From Octopus sinensis (taxonomy: Eukaryota), in the NCBI RefSeq assembly GCF_006345805.1, contig NC_043005.1, forward strand, positions 13,392,001 through 13,456,000: a stretch of 64,000 bases of DNA. The letters are read 5' to 3'. Within the stretch, counting starts at the first letter, position 1. Each line of letters starts with the position of its first letter. Below the pieces are notes generated by a model. The model searched no databases. It had not been told where the DNA came from and saw nothing but the letters and a program-made list of their open reading frames with translations. Made by a program: the position numbers and the translations under genes. This document shows positions 52,585 to 64,000 of the stretch, in pieces.

Positions 52585-53400
52585 CTTTACCTCAGACTTG
52601 TATTGTTTGTTTACACTCGAGATCCCACTCCAAAATGTGTCTGGATCATTCGGGGTAGGATCTTTTACAACCTTTATGTTATAACTTTCCATATTGCGAT
52701 ACATCGCTTGCGGGTTTCTAACAAACTTGCGATTGATGGTTTTTCGTTCTAGTAGGGTTTCTTTTATAACGTAAGTGCTCACCTGTCGCATACAGTTCGG
52801 GTTTAAGGGAAATTAACTTATCCGTTAGTGTTTCTTGTCGACAAATCCCATAGATTTTAGATCTGTATCTATATCCATGATATAGATACAGCAGGTGGTT
52901 CGTGAATTTCTTATTCACTTTGCACTTAATGATAGTATCTAACTGTCCAATATTTTCCGTGACTCTGTCAATATATGTCTCGAGAGAGGAATCTATTTTG
53001 GTTGTTTCTCCTGACTGCGATCGATCTCCGCTACTTCCAACTATTGGCGAATGGTAATTGAAGAACAATATAGCAGAATATTCAATGTCCAAAAGTTGGG
53101 ATTTTCAATCTCTGCCAATTGTTCTTCAACTATTTGGTCCATCGCAGATAACATCAGGTTGGTCGGTTTCCTATCGATTCGTGTGGTAATTGCTCTCTCA
53201 TGAATTGTTGTTAATGTGGATGTTTTTGTTTAGGCTTTGCTGTTTGTATTCTTCACTCATTATTTCTGTTCGCTCGTAATTGATAACTACTCGCTTCGTT
53301 TAATGGCAGTATGTTCGTCTCAGTTTTATTGTTGATGCATCAATCGTGTTCCACGTTGTTAACGATTTTCTCAGAAGAATTCACTGGTCTGCTCTGACTG
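52585..53400 (-). pseudogene. R4/Dong-like LINE relic, N-terminal region
   Basis: ...ERKTINRKFVRNPQAMYRNM...DPTPNDPDTFWSGI matches the N..F..N.K.FYR.L...P....E.FW..IW pattern that precedes the RT in this clade. Contains stops and frameshifts. Confidence 0.6.
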
Positions 53401-53456
53401 TTATATGTTACGAGATTCTGATAGTCTATGGGAATAACAGCCAATTTATTACCAAC

Positions 53457-53880
53457 TGGAACCTTAGCAAGGCTTAGTAACTTTATTGTCTATGAGTGAA
53501 GAACAAAATCAAACGCCTTTTTATAGCTTGGCGATATAGTTAGCAGATTTCGTAGGGAGGTGCTACTTTGCTTTCTTAAGGACAGCTTTTTTGGATGAGT
53601 TCTTTAGCACAGCCCCCAAGCTCCTTCCTTTCCTTCTGCTCGCTTTTCATTTACCATACTATGTGTTCCACAGTGATCCTAAAAGGAATGCACTCGAGCA
53701 ACTTGTATATAATTTCCATGTAGCATTCAAGAACGCTATAGACCTGTAGTTTTCGGCCACATGTGTCTACTAGTGTTTAGCTACTATTGATGTACGTCCG
53801 AAGGCTAACCAGTCCGGTGCATCTATCTCCGGGTTCGTTGCTGAGGTTTCCTGATTTCTTAGTTGTCTGACACTGAAGTT
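53457..53880 (-). pseudogene. R4/Dong-like LINE relic, reverse transcriptase N-terminal motifs
   Basis: PDWLAFGRTSIVAKH**THVAENYRSIAFLNATWKLYTS...GAWGC...YKKAFDFVLHS*TIKLLSLAKVP from 53817 downward. Confidence 0.8.
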
Positions 53881-53927
53881 TTAATAGTTGGGTTGTTGTG
53901 GTTGTTGTTTGTTGTTTCTCGAACCAT

Positions 53928-54204
53928 ATCTAGCTCATAAGGGCCGGTTTCCCGGTTTCATTGGCGTATTGATTCCCCACCTGGACGGAACGGCGGTCTG
54001 TCGCAGGTAAACTGCTAGATGCAGGAGGAAAGAGTGAGAGAAAGTTGTGGCGAAAGAATCAGCAGAGATTCGCCATTACCTTCCGCCGGAGCCACGTGGA
54101 GCTTAGGTGGTTCGCTCATAAACACACACATCGTCCGGTCTGAGATTCGAACTCGCGATCCCTCGACCGCGAGTCCGCTGCTCTAACCACTAGGCCATGT
54201 GCCC
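53928..54204 (-). mobile_element. SINE family B (diverged), tail variant B3
   Basis: tRNA-like head and tail CCTGCGACAGACCGCCGTTCCGTCCAGG...GAAACCGGGAAACCGG. Confidence 0.8.
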
Positions 54205-54457
54205 CCACATTGGGGTATTTGTAGATTCAAGAAATTCTTCATCCTTTTCGTGTAAACCTATCGAAGGATCTTCCCTTGGTTTTTTTTTTTTTTTTTTAAA
54301 TTTTTTTTTATAGAATTTATATAAATCTCGGTTCAATTCAAAGCTCCACTGAAACTTCTTTCTTAGTTACGTTCCTTGCCATAGTTGACTCTAGTCTCCT
54401 GTCCAGAATTGCTGTCTATATTACTAATCCTTCTTAAGACGGCGAACTGGAGCATAA

Positions 54458-54893
54458 CCTTTTCTACCCTAGGCATAAGGCCCGAAATTTTGGGGGAGGA
54501 GGCCAGCCACTCGATTAGATCGACCTCAGTATGCAACTGGTACTTAATTTATCGACCCCAAAAGAATGAAAGGTAAAGTCGACCTCGGCGGAATTTGGAC
54601 TCAGAGCACACGATATACACAAAGACATTAAGCATTCATTTCACCCGGCGTGCTAACGTTTCTTATTTCTTTACTACCAACAAGGGGCTAAACACAGAGA
54701 GGACAAACAAGGACAGACAAACGGATTAAGTTGATTATATCGACCCCAGTGCGTAATTGGTACTTATTTAATCGACAGTAAGAGGATGAATAGTGAAGTC
54801 GACCTCGGCGGAATTTGAACTCAGAACGTAACGGCAGATGAAATACGGCTACGCATTTCGTCCGGCGTGCTAACGTTTCTGCCAGCTCGTCGC
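54458..54893 (-). mobile_element. Dimeric SINE family C
   Basis: Same architecture and junction as 37327-37764. A further deleted monomer follows at 54933-55105 (+). Confidence 0.85.
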
Positions 54894-55408
54894 TTTAAAC
54901 TGGAGACATAATAACATATAACCAAATATATGAGGCGGTGAGCTGGCAGAATCGTCTATCCTTGCGTTTTGAGTTCAAATTCCTCCGAGGTCGACTTCAC
55001 TATTCATCCTTTCAGGGCTGACAAAGTGAAAACCAGTGAAACACTGGGGTCTATGAAATCGACTTGTTCCCTCTCTTCAAAACTTCAGGCCTTGATCCTT
55101 TAGTAGAAATAATCATTAATCTTTCATGTTGTATTTCAGTTTCTTTTTCTGCGCTTGTTTTCTATGATCTTCCATAACAAAAAGTGAGCAGCTTCTTCGC
55201 ATTATCCAACGAACAGAGCCATTTTTTTAGTACGCTTATATCAATAGAAAGAGTTATATGAAAGCATTCATTACAAAGAGATGAACAGCACACTTGTGCC
55301 GGTGGGACTGACGTCGATGCCATATACATACGTGTATGTATGTATGTATGTATGTATGTATGTATGTATGTATGTATGTATGTATGTGTGTATGTATGTA
55401 TGTATGAA

Positions 55409-56018
55409 GGCGGCGATCTGGCAGAAACGTTAGCACGCTGGGCGAAATGCTTAGCGGTATTTTGTCTGCCGTTACGTTCTGAGTTCAAATTCCGCCGAGG
55501 TCGAATTTGCCTTTCATCCTTTCGGGGTCGATAAATTAAGTACCAGTTACGCACTGGGGTCGATATAATCGACTTAATCCGTTTGTCTGTCCTTGTTTGT
55601 CCTCTCTGTGTTTAGCCCCTTGTGGGTAGTAAAAAAATAGGTATTTCGTCTGTCTTTACGTTCTGAATTCAAATTCCGCCGAAGTCGACTTTGTCTTTCA
55701 TCCTTACGGGGTCGATAAATTAAGTACCAGTTACGCACTGCGGTCGATGTAATCGACTTAATTCCTTTGTCTGTCCTTGTTTGTCTCCTCTATGTTTAGC
55801 CCCTTGCGGCAATAAAGATACAAGAAACGTTAGCACGCCGGGTGAGATGCTTAGCGGTATTTCGTCTGTCTTTACATTCTGAGTTCAAATTCCGCCAGGT
55901 CGACTTCGCATTTCATTCTTTCGGGGTCGATAAATTAAGTACCAGTTGCGTACTGGAGTCGATCTAATCGACTAGCACCCTCCCACAAAATCTCAGGCCT
56001 TGTGCCGAGAGTAGAAAA
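55409..56018 (+). mobile_element. Trimeric SINE family C
   Basis: Three cores, two linkers and one terminal tail. Confidence 0.85.
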
Positions 56019-56049
<31 letters not shown>

Positions 56050-56527
56050 TGATTTGTGCATGTATATGTGTATGGATATATACATACAAGCATGTATGTG
56101 GTTGAGTATATTGTTGAGTGTGCGCGTGTACGTATGTATAGATGTGTGTGTTTGTGTGTGTGTGTGTGCGGGAGTGATGTGGGGCTGGGGGCGGTGGCAT
56201 GAGTGTGTGTGTCTTTTATAAATTTGTCACTTCACAAACTGTCAATAAAGATAATTTAAGTTGGAGAAACTCTTGTCGTCTAATGCCACATTAGTTGTCT
56301 CCCTTGGCACATTGCACGCAGACGATGGCTGGATTGTATTTTTTATTTATTTAATTATTGCATCGTTATTTCATACATATGCTTACGCGCGCGCGTACAC
56401 ACACATACACACATACATACATACATACATACATACATACATGCATACATACATACATACATGCATACATACATACATACATACATACATACATGCATAC
56501 ATACATACATACATACATACATACATG

Positions 56528-57144
56528 CAATAATCCCACGCCATTTCGCAGTTCACATATCGGGATTCACGATAGCTTATTATTTAAGCTTTTGTCAATT
56601 CCTCCGAGGTGTTGTTTGCATTTATAATGAAATAAATATATACAAATTAGAAAAATAGTTTAAAAGGCGCAGGAGTGGTTGTGTGGTAAGTAGCTTGTTT
56701 ACCAACCACATGGTTCCGGGTTCATTCCCACTGCGTGACACCTTGTCAAGTGTCTTCTACTATATCCTCGGGCCGACCAAATCCTTGTGAGTGGATTTGG
56801 CAGACGGAAACTGAAAGTAGCCCGTCGTATGTGTGTGTATGTGTTTGTGTGTCTGTGTTTTTCCCCCAACATCGCTTGACAACCGATGCTGGTATGTTTA
56901 CGTCCCCGTAAGTTAGCGGTTCGGCAATAGAGACCGATAGAATAAGTACTAGGCTTCAAAATGAATAAATCCTGGGATCGATTTGCTCGACTAAAGGCGG
57001 TACCCCAGCATGGCCGCAGTCAAATAACTGAAACAAGTAAAAGTGTAGGGAGTAAAAGAGTACAGTACTGTTTCTACTTCGCAGGTTTTCACCTATCGCA
57101 TGAGGTTTTGGAATGTAACACCCGCGATAGTCAAGGAATTACTG
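56528..57144. mobile_element. pogo/Tigger-like MITE interrupted by a SINE A copy (56666-57060)
   Basis: Flanking parts align with 36701-36916. Right TIR CCGCGATAGTCAAGGAATTACTG followed by TA. Confidence 0.75.
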
Positions 57145-57229
57145 TACGCTGTTGTTGATATTGAAATTTCAATGAAGGAGCCTTGAATCTAGGTTAGAAA
57201 CCGGATCTTTCTCTACTGGCAAGAGATCT

Positions 57230-58010
57230 CGAAGTAAAGCTGAACAATGACACTTATATATGCATATGCAGTCCAAGAACAGAAAGCTGTCCTGGAATAA
57301 ATAAAGAGAATCTCCCTGTTATTGAATACGTTCACAAATAGCAGCACAAGGAATGCTGGTGGAACATTCCCATCGAAACATCTGTCAAGTGTAAGCATAA
57401 CAGGCCAGATATTGTTATTTGGAACAGACAAGAAATAGTATGTACCGTCATAGAGGTCAGCTGTCCTACTGATGCGAATATCTCTTTGAAAATCAAAGAA
57501 AAAGATGATAATTATGGAAAAAGATGATAATTATGGATAGGCGCAGGAGTGGCTGTGTGGTAAGTAGCTTGCTTACGAACCACATGGTGTGTGTGTGTGT
57601 GTTGGTGTGTCTGTGTTTGCCCCCCCCCCTAGCATTGCTTGACAACCGATGCTGGTGTGTTTACGTCGCCGTCACTTAGCGGTTCGGCAAAAGAGACCGA
57701 TAGAATAAGTACTGGGCTTACAAAAGAATAAGTCTCGGGGTCGATTTGCTCGACTAAAGGCGGTGCTCCAGCATGGCCGCAGTCAAATGACTGAAACAAG
57801 TAAAAGAGTAAAAGAGTAACTGCTTCGGAACCCCCTGCATTTATATATCCAGATTACAAATTTACATTTATACCAATAATAATTGGAGTACTTGGTTTTG
57901 TAAGTAAATGCCCAACTGTCAGTCTGGATAAGCTTGGATTTTCAGTAAAAGAAATCAACCAATTGGCCGCACGCTACAAATACAAACTGTAAGCGGAACA
58001 GGAAAGAAAC
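57230..58010 (+). pseudogene. R4/Dong-like LINE relic, restriction-like endonuclease domain, split by a SINE A copy (57540-57816)
   Basis: WWNIPIETSVKCKHNRPDIVIWNRQEIVCTVIEVSCPTDANISLKIKEKDDNYG [SINE] ...YPDYKFTFIPIIIGVLGFVSK...LQIQTVSGT: PD-(D/E)xK RLE signature. Confidence 0.85.
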
Positions 58011-58661
58011 GCGAAACTTTGATTCAGTTATTAGACTGAAGCGCCACCTTGAAGAATTTTAGTCGAATGAATCGATCCCAGTTCTTTCGATAAAGTATTC
58101 AAATATTGGCATCGAACTTATCACTCTCCTCCACGAAATTTCAGGTCGTGTGCCTCTATTAGCTATCAAAAATCTTAAATGGTGCAAACACAGAGTTATC
58201 TCCCCTGAGGTTTAGTTAAACTTTTATCACATTTCTTGAAAATGATACCTGACAAATATAATGTCTCTTTAGTCGACTACATCTGCCGTCTCCCAACAGG
58301 ATTTTATTCTGATGGAACTATTTTGTATTATATCTTTACTATTTCGTGTTCGAACACATCTAATCCGACCATGATAATTTCCTTTTATTTTTTTTTCTAG
58401 CATTGGCCTAAAAATATATTACCCAATGTGTCGTGTCTGATTTTAAAATCATAGGGTGTTAATTGAAGTAGTTGAGTTGCTATTTTTAATTAATCGAGAT
58501 ACCGAAAAAGGTTTCAAATGGACTCATTAAATTCTTAATAGGAAATTTCAAGTCCGGTAACGTTGATAATAGTTACATTAATTTTAGAGGAATAAACGAT
58601 ATGAAATGTTTTGTTCCTTACAGCTTCTATATCACTTAAATACAGCCTTATATGACTTTAT

Positions 58662-59066
58662 TTACTCTTTACTCTTTTACTTGTTTCAGGAATCTGACTG
58701 CGGCCATGCTGGAGCACCGCCTATAATCGAGCAACTCGACCCCGGGATTTATTCTTTGTAAGCCCAGTGCTTATTCTATCGATCTCTTTTGCCGAACCGC
58801 TAAGTAACGGGGTCATAAATACACCAGCATCGGTTGTCAAGCAATGCTAGGGAACAAACACAGACACACGCACATATATATATATATATATATACATATA
58901 TACGACAGGCTTCTTTCAGTTTCCGTCTACTAAATCCATTTACAAGGCTTTGGTTGGCTGGAGGCTATAGTAGAAGACACTTGCCCAAGGTGCCACGCAG
59001 TGGGACTGAACCCGGAACCATGTGGTTGGTAAACAAGCTACTTACCACACAGCCACTCCTGCGCCT
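58662..59066 (-). mobile_element. SINE family A, full length
   Basis: Head, internal (CA)/(TA) tract, 3' half and tail. Confidence 0.9.
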
Positions 59067-59319
59067 ATTATATGACTTTAATAGATTTTTTCCTCATCTT
59101 TTTCGTAGTAGCCTAAGGAAGGCAAATATCACATCACACACACTCACAATATCACACGTATCCATTTCTACAAATTAAGTCTTGCATGAGAACGAGTGCA
59201 AGGGAGGTAATTGGAAAATTATTAATGATCTTGTGTGCAAGTGTAAGCTATGAGTTTAAAGCGCGCGATCACGCTCCTTCGATTTCGGACCTTGTGCCCT
59301 AAAGCAGAAAATAATAAGA

Positions 59320-59731
59320 AGAATGGTTTCAAATTTTGGCAGAGAGCCAATGGTTTTGAGGGGAGGGTGAAGTTGGTTAACTCAATCCCAGTGCTTGACA
59401 CTCTTATTGGCCCTGTAAGGATAAAAAAAAATCGAATTCGGTGGATTTTAAAATCAGAATATAAGGCCGAAAGAATTTCTGTCCGGTGTGCTAACAATTC
59501 TGCCGGATCGCCACCTTAATAAAAATAGTAGTAATAATAGTAGCACAAGGCCTAACATTTTGTGGGGAACGGGTTAGTTTTAGTCACTTGCATCCATCCC
59601 AGTGTCCGAGAGGTACTTATTTTATTGACCCTGTAACTATGAAAGGTACAGTCGACCTACGCAGAATTTGAACTCCGAACGAAAAGACGGACAAAATGCT
59701 TAGCGGAATTTCCTCCGGTTTGCTAACGATT

Positions 59732-59781
<50 letters not shown>

Positions 59782-59992
59782 ATTTTAAATTTTGGCAGAA
59801 AGCCGACAATTTTGGTGGAGAGGGGCTAAGTCGATCAGATCGACCCCTGTGCTCAACTGGTACATATTTTATCGATCTCAAAAGGACGAAAGACTAAGTC
59901 GATCTCGGTGGCATTTGAACTCAGAACGTTAAGTCTGAAGAAATACTGCTACGCATTTTTTTTTTCCGGTGCGATAACGATTCCGGCCAGAT
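59320..59992 (-). mobile_element. Cluster of three SINE family C copies
   Basis: Older copies at 59320-59520 and 59545-59735; the 59802-59992 variant is embedded in (CAG)/(TAG)n. Confidence 0.7.
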
Positions 59993-60073
<81 letters not shown>

Positions 60074-60613
60074 GGTGGTGGTGGTGGTAGTAGTAGTAGT
60101 AGTGGTGGTGGTGGTGGTGGTGGTGGTGGTAGTAGTAGTAGTAGTAGTGATTGTGGTGGTGGTAGTGGTAGTAGTAGTAGTAGTGATTGTGGTGGTGGTG
60201 GTAGTGGTAGTAGTAGCAGCAGCAGTAACAACAACAGCAACAACAATTCTAAATTATAAAGATGATGGTTTATTGAATAGTCTCGTTTGCATCAACAATG
60301 AGTTTTACATAATTATTTAAGAACAGTATATCGTTAATGAGAAAACCTCAAAGCCCCACCCCACCCCCGAAAATGTGGTAACATAGAAATATAATAATAC
60401 AAGAATAATATAATGAAGAAATGGTAAAGAAAATTCCACGAGAGAGTGTAAAGAAATATCGTATCAGTGCAAAATCATCAGCAGTCGTTCCTTTGGTGTG
60501 AAAAATGATCGGCCATTGGACCAGTGAAAACAAAGATTTAAGAAGTAACACCTGCAAGAATCTCAGCCACACTCGTACCGTGTACCTGTATGCATGCATG
60601 TCTGTATGTATGT

Positions 60614-61358
60614 AGGTACTACTTAAGAAGAGTGGTCCCGGTGCGCGCACTCGCGTACTCACGCACCTGCGCTAGCTAGTCGTGACTAGTCGACCCTTTG
60701 TGTTTTGGGGATGTTTTCGGTTTGAACGGCAGTTTTTAACGTAATTTCTAGGTAACTAAAAAATTTTAAACTTCGTATCCTGGTAGAATGTATTTATAAA
60801 ACATCTTTTTCTCTTGGCTTTATTGAGAAAATTCTATAGTTTGTAAGATATTTGTTGTTTTTTTTTCTTCAATTTCTGCAATTTCAACCAATCACTGACG
60901 TCTATTGGGGTAAAAAAAACATTCTGCGCCGTATGAATATGTCCCTCGTTTAAGAAACAGGTTGGGTTTATTTACGTTTGTGAAGAAAAAAAGATACCCT
61001 TCCCCCCACCCCAAACCCTAACCCTAACCCTAAAACAGATTGAAATGCTATAGATCGATACTAGGGTCATAATTATGGGTGACAATTTCATATGACACCG
61101 CTAGAAAAAACCGCCGTCCAGACCGAAAAGATCCTGTTTTTGTTTTATTTACTTTGTTTTAAAAAATTATTTACTTTGTGTTTTTGTGTTTTATTTACTT
61201 TGTTTTTAAAAAATTATTTACTTTGTGTAAAAAATTATTCATCTTGTGTTTTATTTACTTTGCTAGGTGGTCGTAGGATCGTCTAGTCACGACTAGCTAG
61301 CGCGGATGCACGAGTACGAGAGTGCGCGCACCGGGACCACTCTTCTTAAGTAGTACCT
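60614..61358. mobile_element. Element with 76-bp CpG-rich TIRs carrying a nested MITE
   Basis: Arms 60614-60689 and 61283-61358 (5 mismatches), with internal TTATTTACTTTGT subrepeats. Sits in (TATG)n. Confidence 0.85.
60709..61134. mobile_element. Second copy of the (CCCTAA)-containing MITE
   Basis: Aligns end to end with 40191-40607. Degenerate TSD TGTTTTGG / TGTTTTTG. Confidence 0.88.
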
Positions 61359-61404
61359 GTATGTATGTATGCATGCATGTATGTATGTATGCATGTAGCA
61401 ATAA

Positions 61405-61762
61405 TAAATCTCTGAGCGAAATATAAACAGTAGCAGCACGAGATCGTGAAGTGTATTTACACCTAAATGTGGTTGACCCATAAGGGACAATGCTACTGTA
61501 GTTTATAGCCCCGGAAGACATCTTCTCCAGCTGGCTATCGACACACTGTCTATGCCCTATCAGTATTTGCAAAGAGAAATCATCGTTCCCATATCACAAT
61601 CAGGCTGGAAATGGGAACGATGTTTTCCCTTCGCAAATACTGATAGGCCACGGACAGTGTATCAACAGCCAGCTGGAGGAGATGTCTTCCTGGGGCTATA
61701 AACTACAGTAGCATAGTCGCTCATGGGTCAGTCACATTTAGGTGCCAAATATGCTTCACGAT
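61405..61762. mobile_element. Family X fold-back element, older, ribozyme deleted
   Basis: Arms 61443-61592 and 61611-61762 with an 18-bp spacer ATCACAATCAGGCTGGAA; ends in (TA)n. Confidence 0.75.
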
Positions 61763-62662
61763 ATATATATAAGAAAGACTGGTCTTTTAAGTTGCAGTCT
61801 TTGCAATGTTAATGTGTATTTGCCAAGAGATATCCTCTGCGATACTGATGTCTAGTATTTGAAGTAAAAGCAAGGGAGCTATCTGAATGATGCTTATGTT
61901 ATAAGAAGGTGAGATATCATAATGTTTTCGTGATGTGTTCAGTAGGTACGAGGTATTTTGCTGTTAAAAGTGAAAAGATTGGCATCTAGTCAGAGTAAAT
62001 TTGGTCCAAGGTGTCCAGGTTTTATGAGGATGACATGCTATACAAGTTTAGAAAAGAACTGAGGTTTATGTCATCTACGTGTTGAAATAATATACATATG
62101 GTTAATATGTTAACATAATATGGTTATATATTCCCTTATATATACGGAGTTCTCTTATGTATAAAGTGCTGAAATAATATATAATATTTGTTTAATATAA
62201 CAACATAATATAATAATAAATATATTTATATTCTCGTGAATATATAGCATTCTCTCGTGTATAATACAGTAGTGAAATAATATACATACACTCTAAACTT
62301 GTGTTAATATAAATTTATCTATAATACAATTCTAGGATGATATGAGATATTACTTTTTCACTATCGTTTACCATAATAACAATGCTGTATTGACTGACTA
62401 TATCTATTAGTGTATTCATGAAATTAAATCTCCTTCAAGTTTTGAACTTATGAATTTTATAGATAAATGGAATACGTAAAAGGAATAATTTTGCTATCTG
62501 TATTTATTTATAGATTATTTGTTGACGATTCTGCTTCAGAATGATAAAAAAAAAAACGAATTTGTTTGGATGTCATATATCTTATCTCACAAAATATAAT
62601 TATATATACAAACACACGTACGTACATGCACACACATATGCATATCCTCTCCCCTCTCTCTC

Positions 62663-62695
<33 letters not shown>

Positions 62696-63849
62696 TACAC
62701 ACATACATATATACACGTATACATATATACACATAAACTTACATTCACACACAGACATATACACACAAACATACATACATATACACACGCACGTCCTCAT
62801 ACACACACAACCGTTACTCAGAATCGATGATAACCGCTAATTGCTTTAAATACCTATGTAGCTGCGACCAGACAAAGTCATTCGATCGACCCTCCTGTCT
62901 TCACCCTGCGACTTATCCACGATGCGACAACAGCACGATGCGACGGCTGGTCTGTATATGTTTGTGGAGGGTGGTGGTAACAGTTACACTGCAGAGGAGC
63001 CTCTTTCGGCATTCTCAACGCGCAAAACTATCAAAACCGCCATCTGATCACTGGCATGCCAACTGTTTCTACAAGCTGCAATGGTGTCCGTGAGCAGGTT
63101 ATGAGCATGATTGTCTGCATGTGTGTGTGTAAGTGTGTGGTGTGTGTGTGTGTGTGTGTGTAAGTGTGCGTGTGTATGAGTGTGTGAGAGAGTGCACGTA
63201 TGTGTGTGCATGCGGCACTTGTACGTGTGTTTGTCTACACTGTGTGTATGTATGTATGTATATATATATATATGTATATGTATACAAATATACACACACA
63301 CACGCACACACATGTACATAAATACATGCATACTTACTTACATACATACATACATACATATGTCTATACTTCTCCTTTTCTACTGAAGAAGGACGAACTT
63401 ACGAAACGTTAACTCACTTCCTCTTTCCATTAAGGCACTAAGCTAACACATGTGGTCTTTTATTGTTCGTTATATTTACACCATATTTACAATATAAAAA
63501 AGGCTTTCAACACATATACTCTTTCAGTACACATACAGATTGCTAATTTTGAACTTATGCTGCTCCCATCACCAATAATGAATTGCTTCTCAGCCTACCG
63601 GCTAAATGCGACATCGGTGACTTTTCAATTATTGCTTAACTATAGCAGCAATTTCATCAGCCAATACTGGCTGCCCTTCAGCAGTTGCTGATATTTTAAT
63701 GTGTTTTTAACAATGTACGTCTACGAAGATACTTTCTCAAGATGGATACCACAGTTTCAACATTTACAGCATTTACACACTTTAAGTATTCATACGGATT
63801 ACTAATTTTTGAACTAATATTTCCTCTGTCACTAATAATGAATGAAGAA

Positions 63850-63917
<68 letters not shown>

Positions 63918-64000
63918 GTAAATGTAATATGTGACAATTATTCGATAGCCATGATAAAACTCCGAGTTTCGGATGCTGGGGTAGAAATCCACGCCGCCAT

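Noticed and set aside
95-63992. Most ORFs in the supplied track (poly-YI, CV, HT, SF, KE, T, V, M)
   Set aside because: They are translations of microsatellites or SINEs, with no domain content.
63920-64000. GAAACUC-GGAG motif on the minus strand at the window edge
   Set aside because: The putative core would lie beyond position 64000, so it cannot be evaluated.

Overview
AT-rich, repeat-saturated eukaryotic non-coding DNA. It is most likely cephalopod (Octopus-like), judged only from my recollection of the SINE families and the microsatellite density. I can support no host protein-coding gene; nearly all ORFs in the track are microsatellite translations. The window holds three tRNA-derived SINE families (about 35 copies), one young 5'-truncated CR1/L2-type LINE, four decayed fragments of an R4/Dong-like (RLE) LINE, several MITEs (pogo/Tigger-like, mariner-like, hAT-Charlie-like, and an unclassified one with an 8-bp TSD), Helitron/HINE-type elements, tandem duplications and a 100-N gap. 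The main unexpected signal is about 11 type I hammerhead-ribozyme-like motifs in at least four short, (TA)n-associated element families. Several lie in inverted-repeat (fold-back) elements that read outward from the centre, and paralogous copies show compensatory stem changes. This resembles non-autonomous Penelope-like or retrozyme-like elements. All folds and alignments were done by eye, and catalytic activity is untested.
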